The notes beneath the pieces are model-generated. The model did not search any database. It saw nothing but the letters and a program-made list of their open reading frames with translations, and was not told the DNA's origin. Source: Pseudobdellovibrionaceae bacterium (GTDB lineage: Bacteria; Bdellovibrionota; Bdellovibrionia; Bdellovibrionales; Bdellovibrionaceae). Taken from it: a stretch of 64,000 nucleotides of DNA. Location of the stretch: contig JAYTJV010000005.1 of assembly GCA_043730825.1 (NCBI GenBank), forward strand, positions 4,402 through 68,401, written 5' to 3'. This document shows positions 58,598-64,000 of the stretch, piece after piece (positions within the stretch are counted from its first letter, which is position 1; each line of letters begins with the position of its first letter). The translations under genes and the position numbers were made by a program.

Positions 58598-58704
58598 ATG
58601 TAACACAAAATAAAAAGATGTAACACAAAACGTAACACAAAAAATAGCCGATAAAACCAAGTAATTTCAATACCTTGGGAATCCTATAGTTTTTTTGTGT
58701 TACG
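58598..58704. repeat. array of GTAACACAAAA motifs (three direct, one inverted) in the promoter region of the AlbA_2 gene
   Basis: ATGTAACACAAAA at 58598-58610 and 58618-58630, CGTAACACAAAAAA at 58631-58644, and its exact reverse complement TTTTTTGTGTTACG at 58691-58704. Confidence 0.6.
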
Positions 58705-58760
58705 TTTTAGGAGTAACCTTAAGCGCGTAATCTGTGATTGCGATGAATTAACAATTGCCT

Positions 58761-58790
58761 GGCCTTCAAGAGTCAGGAATTTTGAAGGCC
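58761..58790 (-). terminator. possible tig terminator hairpin (weak U-tract)
   Basis: 9-bp stem GGCCTTCAA (58761-58769) / TTGAAGGCC (58782-58790) with a 12-nt loop, just downstream of the tig stop. The trailing T-run is poor. Confidence 0.35.
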
Positions 58791-58799
58791 ACTGAATTC

Positions 58800-60116
58800 T
58801 TACGGCTGTTCTTTGTCTTTTAGTTCGCTTGCTGGGACTTCTTTTACTTTTGCAGTTTTGAGCAAGAAGTCGATTACTTTTTCTTCAGTTAGTGAATACG
58901 TTAATCTGCTTAATTGTTCTGGTTTTGCGTAGAATTCTTTTACTTTTGCTACTTCAATTCCAGTTTGAGCGGCGTATTGTTCTAACTTTGCGTCGACGTC
59001 AGCTGGAGTGCAGGCTAAATCGTGTTTTCTTGCGATAGCATCAATTAGAAAACTTGATTGGATCATTTCTTTTGCGCTCTTAGCGAAATCAGCATCCCAT
59101 TTTTGCACATACTGTTCGAAATCCGGCGGGGTCATGCCTTGATTTTGCATTCTGCTTTTGAAATCTTCGACTAAGCTTTTCTTTTGTTCTTCCATCAATT
59201 TTGGTGGGACGTCCATTGGATTTTCTTCAGCTAATTTTCTTACCAATCTGTTTTTGAAAGCTTCGTCGATTCTTTTTTTGTCGCTTTCGAGCATGTCGGT
59301 TTTGATTGTTTCTTTTAAGGAAGCTAAATCTTGATCGCCACCGATTGATTTGATGAATTCATCAGTGAGCTCTGGCATTTCTTTTTTCTTTAAAGACTTT
59401 AATTTTACTTTGAAAGAAACTGGCTTACCTTCTAACTCGGCTGCGTGATACGGAGTTGGGAATTTTAAATCGATCGTTTTTTCAGCGCCGATCTTCATTC
59501 CGGCAACACTTTCTTCGAAACCTTCGATAAATTGTTTTGTGCCTAGCTCGAGCGGATGATCAGTGCCTTGGCCGCCGTCTAGTGGCTTTCCTTCTACAGA
59601 GCCATCGAAATCGATAACCGCAGTGTCGCCCATTTGTGCTGGGCGATCTTCTAATACGTCGACAAGTTTTGCGTTTTTAGTTCTGACATTATCAAGAACA
59701 GCTTGGATGCGCTTTTCGTCGAATTCTAATTTTTCTTTTTCTACTTCTAAGCCTTCATACTTTTTTAGTGTAATTTCTGGGCGAACATCGAATTCGGCAG
59801 AGAATTTAAAATCAACTCCTTCTAAAGGATCAGCAAATTCGAATTCGGGATTACCGATTGGATCAAGCTTGTGAGTCGATAGAGCTTGTACGTAATGATT
59901 TTGAATTAAATCTTGAACCACATCCATTTTCACACGATCGCTATACATAGAACGGACTGCGGATAATGGCGCTTTTCCTTTTCGGAAACCTTTTAGTTGC
60001 ACATTTCTTTGAATGTTATTGAAATGCTTTTGGAAAGTGCTTTCGACTGTGGCAGCTGGAACTTCAACATGAAGGCGTCGCTGTAATGAAGAAACGTTTT
60101 CAACACTGGATTTCAT
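58800..60116 (-). CDS. tig: trigger factor
   Basis: MKSSVENVSSLQRRLHVEVP... N-terminus, FKBP-type PPIase segment GDTAVIDFDGSVEGKPLDGG. Start moved to the ATG at 60116, which has AGGAGA upstream; the track ORF adds 49 implausible codons. Confidence 0.9.
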   Translation of the reverse strand: MKSSVENVSSLQRRLHVEVPAATVESTFQKHFNNIQRNVQLKGFRKGKAPLSAVRSMYSDRVKMDVVQDLIQNHYVQALSTHKLDPIGNPEFEFADPLEGVDFKFSAEFDVRPEITLKKYEGLEVEKEKLEFDEKRIQAVLDNVRTKNAKLVDVLEDRPAQMGDTAVIDFDGSVEGKPLDGGQGTDHPLELGTKQFIEGFEESVAGMKIGAEKTIDLKFPTPYHAAELEGKPVSFKVKLKSLKKKEMPELTDEFIKSIGGDQDLASLKETIKTDMLESDKKRIDEAFKNRLVRKLAEENPMDVPPKLMEEQKKSLVEDFKSRMQNQGMTPPDFEQYVQKWDADFAKSAKEMIQSSFLIDAIARKHDLACTPADVDAKLEQYAAQTGIEVAKVKEFYAKPEQLSRLTYSLTEEKVIDFLLKTAKVKEVPASELKDKEQP

Positions 60117-60185
60117 TAATTTCTCCTGTATATGGTCAGTCACCGGCGTGACTTCTCGTATGAATGATTGAATGTTTAAAATGCT

Positions 60186-61082
60186 GTGGGATACTATGAA
60201 AACCACTCTCAAAAGGCAAATAAATTGACGCGACAAATTAAGGGTCCCTTGAAAGAAATACATTTTGTCACCGGCAAGGGTGGAGTCGGTAAATCGACTT
60301 ATGCCGTGATGCTTGCGTCTCAGTTTGCAAAGAAAAATAAGAAAACCCTTTTGGTCGAAATAGGCGAGAGAAGCTTTTATTCATCTCTCTTTGGAAAGCC
60401 CATTCAATATAAGCCCACATCCATTGTAGACAACTTAGAGGTCGCACATTGGTCAGCAACTGAGTGTTTAAAGAGTTATGTGCTCTCATTGGTGAAAGTT
60501 CGGGCAATTTATAATTTGTTTTTTGAAAATCCAGTCAGCAAAAGTTTGATTCAAGTTGCGCCTGGCTTATCGGAATTGGCCATTATCGGTCAGATTACAT
60601 CATCGCCAAGACAGCATGGTCCCCACGGAGATCATGAAATATTAGTGGTTGATGCCTACGCCACGGGTCATTTTTTGAACTTGGTTCAGTCTCCCAGAGC
60701 TATGTCAGAGACAGTTCCAATAGGACCTATGCATGACCAAACTAAAAAAATGGATGAGGTATTAAGAGATTTCGACATGTGCCAATGCCATATCGTGACC
60801 ATTGCTGAAGACCTTGTTTTAACTGAGTCATTGGAACTACTAGAGGGTTTAGAAAAAGAATTTAAATGGGAACCTGATTTTATTTTAAATCGATATCTCG
60901 AAACAACATTAGATTCGAAAGATTTAGATTATCAATCTCAATTTTTACTTCAGGCTTTGCAAAACAAACTCCTTCAGCAAGAACTTGCTATCAAAACTTT
61001 AAGTAGCAAAGCTAAAAATATTAAAACTCTTCCACTGATTAAAAAGCTTCATACGTTTGAAGATATGGAAGCTCTATTGTGA
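60186..61082 (+). CDS. ArsA/Get3-like P-loop ATPase (1 of 2)
   Basis: GKGGVGKST P-loop and DAYATGHFLNL switch-like motif. Start uncertain (GTG 60186; TTG alternatives at 60225 and 60252). Confidence 0.7.
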   Translation: MGYYENHSQKANKLTRQIKGPLKEIHFVTGKGGVGKSTYAVMLASQFAKKNKKTLLVEIGERSFYSSLFGKPIQYKPTSIVDNLEVAHWSATECLKSYVLSLVKVRAIYNLFFENPVSKSLIQVAPGLSELAIIGQITSSPRQHGPHGDHEILVVDAYATGHFLNLVQSPRAMSETVPIGPMHDQTKKMDEVLRDFDMCQCHIVTIAEDLVLTESLELLEGLEKEFKWEPDFILNRYLETTLDSKDLDYQSQFLLQALQNKLLQQELAIKTLSSKAKNIKTLPLIKKLHTFEDMEALL

Positions 61083-62134
61083 AAAAAGCAACGCAAGTCT
61101 TGATTCAAATGGGCCCAGGGGGTGTTGGTAAAACAACAGTTTCGGCTGCGTTTGGTTTTTATTGGGCATCAATGGGTAAAAAAGTATTAGTGATGACAAT
61201 TGATCCTTCAAAAAGATTAGCTCAAGCTTTGGGAATTGAAGGACAAAAAGGTGCAGTTAAAGTTGACTACAAAGGTGGCTTAAAAGGCGAACTGTATGCA
61301 ATGGTTTTAGATCATGAAGAAATTTTTGATTCATTTGTAAAAAAGGCTGCTCAAAAAAATCCAGTAGCTGAAAAACTTTTTGAAAATAAACTTTATCAGG
61401 CTTTGAAAACAAGGCTTCAGGGATCGCAAGATTTTACTGCATTAATCGAGCTCTATCAAATGACGTTAAAAGCAGAGTATGACATCATTATTTTGGATAC
61501 TCCTCCGGCCGAACATGCGTGGCAATTCTTAGAAGCACCACTTCGCTTGGTTAATTTATTTCAAGATAAAATTGCCAAGTGGTTTCGCTGGATGGGTGGC
61601 GAAAGCACCTCTGTTTGGTCGCAAGTGTTGAATGTCGGAACTAAACAAGTGTTTAAAGTAATGGAGCTTTTAGCTGGTGCGGAATTCATTCAGCAAATCG
61701 CACAGTTTTTTAAAGCAGTTCACTTTTTTCAGGATCAACTTCGCGATCAAATTCAAAAAAGCCATGATCTCCTTAAAAGTTCGCAAACAGAATTTACGCT
61801 CGTAACCACGCAAGACGAACTGAAGATCCAGGAAAGTCTTGGTTACGCGAAAGAGATGAAAGAAAAGGGTTATCATTTAAAGCGGGTTATATTAAACCGT
61901 GCTTGGCCTGAAGAAAGTATTACGGACTTAAGTCTAGAGGCTTTCGCTACCGATCAAAAAAAGCAGATTCAAAATCTCTTAAGTTTGCTAAGCGAGAATC
62001 ATAAAACATCAGCGAACTTAATGAAGCGATGGCCCAAAGACGTAAAAGTATTGAAAGTGTACGATACGCTAAAGTCGTCTCATGATTTAGAGAGACTTAA
62101 AGAAATGTCAGATGATATGCTAAAAGCCTTCTGA
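61079..62134 (+). CDS. ArsA/Get3-like P-loop ATPase (2 of 2)
   Basis: GPGGVGKTT P-loop, TIDPSKRLAQALG, ILDTPPAEHA. 4-nt overlap with the upstream paralogue. Confidence 0.75.
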   Translation: MKKATQVLIQMGPGGVGKTTVSAAFGFYWASMGKKVLVMTIDPSKRLAQALGIEGQKGAVKVDYKGGLKGELYAMVLDHEEIFDSFVKKAAQKNPVAEKLFENKLYQALKTRLQGSQDFTALIELYQMTLKAEYDIIILDTPPAEHAWQFLEAPLRLVNLFQDKIAKWFRWMGGESTSVWSQVLNVGTKQVFKVMELLAGAEFIQQIAQFFKAVHFFQDQLRDQIQKSHDLLKSSQTEFTLVTTQDELKIQESLGYAKEMKEKGYHLKRVILNRAWPEESITDLSLEAFATDQKKQIQNLLSLLSENHKTSANLMKRWPKDVKVLKVYDTLKSSHDLERLKEMSDDMLKAF

Positions 62135-63114
62135 TGAGAAAAATTATTCTTTTTATTATTCTTTTTATGGTGATTTCTTGCCAGCATCTCAAGCGAGATT
62201 TGGTTTCTCATGACAAAACCTACTATGAAAAACAGTGGGAAAAGGCAGTTCTTTTAATTCGTGGCCAACGACTCGATGATGCCGAAGGAGTTTTAAAAGA
62301 ACTTTATTCTGCAGCTCAAACGGCAGATCCTGAATTATCTACTAAAGCACTTTTTGAGTTAGCTCAAATAAGCGAAAAAAAAGGCGAGTGGCTAGCAGCT
62401 CTTTCGCAATTTAAAGAATGCGAATCGAAGAAAAGCTATCTTCAAGGTTTCAAAGCCGAGCTTGAATTACCAGCAAGACTTGCAGGCCTATATGCAACTT
62501 TAGGGGAACTCAAGATCTCTGAAGGATATGCTAAAAAAGTTGAATCAAGCCTTCAGGTTTACATGCAGCAAGTTAGCCTGACTAAGCAAAAAGGTTGGTG
62601 GGCTGAAACTTTTTATAGAATGGGTAGCTTTCCAACTGAGTACATCACTTCAGAAAACTGGCAAGAGTTCGCAAGACGATTTCATTCGACTAGCCAGTTC
62701 TTGATCCGTTCGATGGAATTATCCGACCCCATTTGGTCAGATAGAAGCTTAGAACTTGCACTTACGTTTTATAAAAAGTCTTTTGAATTTTTAAGTTTGA
62801 GCCCGAATGATTTAGAAGAAAACAGCGTCCTCTTAGGCACGCAAATTCGTGAGCGAATTAATCTTCTTCAAGAAATTATGCAAAAAACTGATCTCTATCG
62901 ACCGGTTCACTATAAAAAATCGAGAGCTGTTTGGCAGTACTATCAATCCACTTCAGATTACCAGAACCAACTAAGAACCGTATTACCTCAAGTTAAGGAA
63001 TCAGCCCCCCTGAGCCGGGAAAGCCAACGGCGAAACGCACTTGAAAGAGAAGGAAAGTTAGTAACTCCTTCATCGGGTGGCATTGACAAAAACTCGAAAG
63101 ACCCCAACTTATAG
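62134..63114 (+). CDS. hypothetical lipoprotein (helical/TPR-like)
   Basis: Lipobox MVISC. The ATG overlaps the upstream stop by 1 nt. Confidence 0.6.
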   Translation: MRKIILFIILFMVISCQHLKRDLVSHDKTYYEKQWEKAVLLIRGQRLDDAEGVLKELYSAAQTADPELSTKALFELAQISEKKGEWLAALSQFKECESKKSYLQGFKAELELPARLAGLYATLGELKISEGYAKKVESSLQVYMQQVSLTKQKGWWAETFYRMGSFPTEYITSENWQEFARRFHSTSQFLIRSMELSDPIWSDRSLELALTFYKKSFEFLSLSPNDLEENSVLLGTQIRERINLLQEIMQKTDLYRPVHYKKSRAVWQYYQSTSDYQNQLRTVLPQVKESAPLSRESQRRNALEREGKLVTPSSGGIDKNSKDPNL

Positions 63115-63121
63115 AGAACCT

Positions 63122-64000
63122 ATGATACAAAAAGACTTACATAACAATACCATTCAGAACTTCGATGCCATTTGTGACTGGTATAGCAATAAAATCAAAG
63201 AGATGTCGTTTCCTATATACTCTAGTTACGATATTCGGGATTCCGGTTACAAAGTGACGAATGTAGATGCGAACATCTATCCAGCTGGGTTTAATAACAT
63301 TTGTCCAGTTGATCAGGAAAATTTACCTGAACTTTTTCAGAAATATTTAAAAGCCCATTATGCAGGCGATCTTAAAAAAATTCTTCTGATTACCGAAGAG
63401 CACACGAAGAATCCATATTATTTAGATAATATCGATACGATTAGTTCCGTACTTCGTGAAGCGGGTTATGAAGTAAAGGCAGCCTTTCCAAGCAACTTAG
63501 AAAAAGACCTTATTTTAGAATCCGCAAAAGGTAAGAAGGTCGAAATCTTTAGCGGTGGCACTGAAAGTTCAGTTTGGAAAGATTTCAAGCCTGATTTGGT
63601 TATTAGTAATAATGATTTTTCGATCTCTCACGAAGAGTGGGGGAAGCAGTTAAAAGTTCCCTTGAATCCACCTCGTGAGTTAGGTTGGTATCAGCGAAAA
63701 AAATCGCGATATTTTAAGCATTACAATCAACTCGTCGAAGAATTTTCTAAGCTTACCCAAGTAGATCCATTCAAAATGAGAGTCGAAACTGAAATTTTCG
63801 AAAATTTTGATATTAACAGCGAAGGCAGCAGAAGTTCTTTAGCTGATAAGGTAAATCAGTTCTTAGTAGGAATTCAAAAATCGTACACCGAGCGTGGGAT
63901 TGATCAAAAGCCGTTTGTTTTTGTAAAAAATAATTCGGGCACTTACGGTTTAGCTGTTATCAAAGTCAGCAATCCACTTGAAATCAAAGACTGGAATTAT
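63122..64000 (+). CDS. gshA: glutamate--cysteine ligase of the rare proteobacterial (T. ferrooxidans-type) family, 3'-truncated by the window edge
   Basis: Frame open from the ATG at 63122 to the window end and not listed in the ORF track. SSYDIRDSGYKVTNVDANIYPAGFNN and PPRELGWYQRKKSRYF resemble what I recall of that family. An ATP-grasp-like FVFVKNNSGTYGLAVIKV is also present. Confidence 0.5.
   Translation, partial: MIQKDLHNNTIQNFDAICDWYSNKIKEMSFPIYSSYDIRDSGYKVTNVDANIYPAGFNNICPVDQENLPELFQKYLKAHYAGDLKKILLITEEHTKNPYYLDNIDTISSVLREAGYEVKAAFPSNLEKDLILESAKGKKVEIFSGGTESSVWKDFKPDLVISNNDFSISHEEWGKQLKVPLNPPRELGWYQRKKSRYFKHYNQLVEEFSKLTQVDPFKMRVETEIFENFDINSEGSRSSLADKVNQFLVGIQKSYTERGIDQKPFVFVKNNSGTYGLAVIKVSNPLEIKDWNY

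Noticed and set aside
58598-58704. Considered whether the GTAACACAAAA repeats could be a small CRISPR array.
   Set aside because: The repeats are only 11-14 nt with irregular 2-46 nt spacing and one copy inverted. No cas genes were found anywhere in the window. The array fits an operator or iteron-like set, not CRISPR.
60117-60263. 49-codon N-terminal extension of the trigger factor ORF.
   Set aside because: The extension is hydrophobic junk overlapping the divergent ArsA-like gene start. The ATG at 60116 has an AGGAGA Shine-Dalgarno site and gives the canonical trigger factor N-terminus.

Overview
This looks like a chromosomal segment of an AT-rich diderm (Gram-negative-type) bacterium; base composition was judged by eye, not computed. 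Many small secreted proteins, sigma-54 regulation, an orphan Tad-like protein and AmgK/MurU would fit a Bdellovibrio-like or deltaproteobacterial-type organism, but I cannot verify taxonomy without a database search. The housekeeping backbone is a long minus-strand operon (rpsB-tsf-pyrH-frr-uppS-cdsA-rseP-tsaB, then MinD-like and DnaJ-like genes), plus priA, galU, a PBP1A/UvrA-like/ABC-exporter operon, mscL, ftsE-ftsX-envC and an S41 protease, tig, the cell-wall recycling genes nagZ and amgK-murU, and a partial glutamate-cysteine ligase at the right edge. I saw no rRNA, tRNA, CRISPR array, integrase or transposase. The strongest candidate for an undescribed system is at 20.5-29.6 kb. There, a five-gene Lol-like envelope export module (ABC ATPase, two FtsX permeases, a LolA-like protein, an outer-membrane barrel) converges with overlapping stop codons on a four-gene operon. 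That operon is preceded by a consensus-matching sigma-54 -24/-12 promoter and encodes a three-His-box membrane desaturase, an HHxxxDG-motif protein and two unassignable proteins. Other leads are an orphan TadG-like protein with two Gly-tract secreted proteins, and a PocR-type sigma-54 activator next to a degenerate activator-like gene that has its own -24/-12-like element and palindrome. Further leads are an AlbA_2/Schlafen-type protein behind a GTAACACAAAA repeat array, and two unannotated small ORFs with strong Shine-Dalgarno sites. All product calls rest on motifs read by eye from the translations; no homology search was possible.
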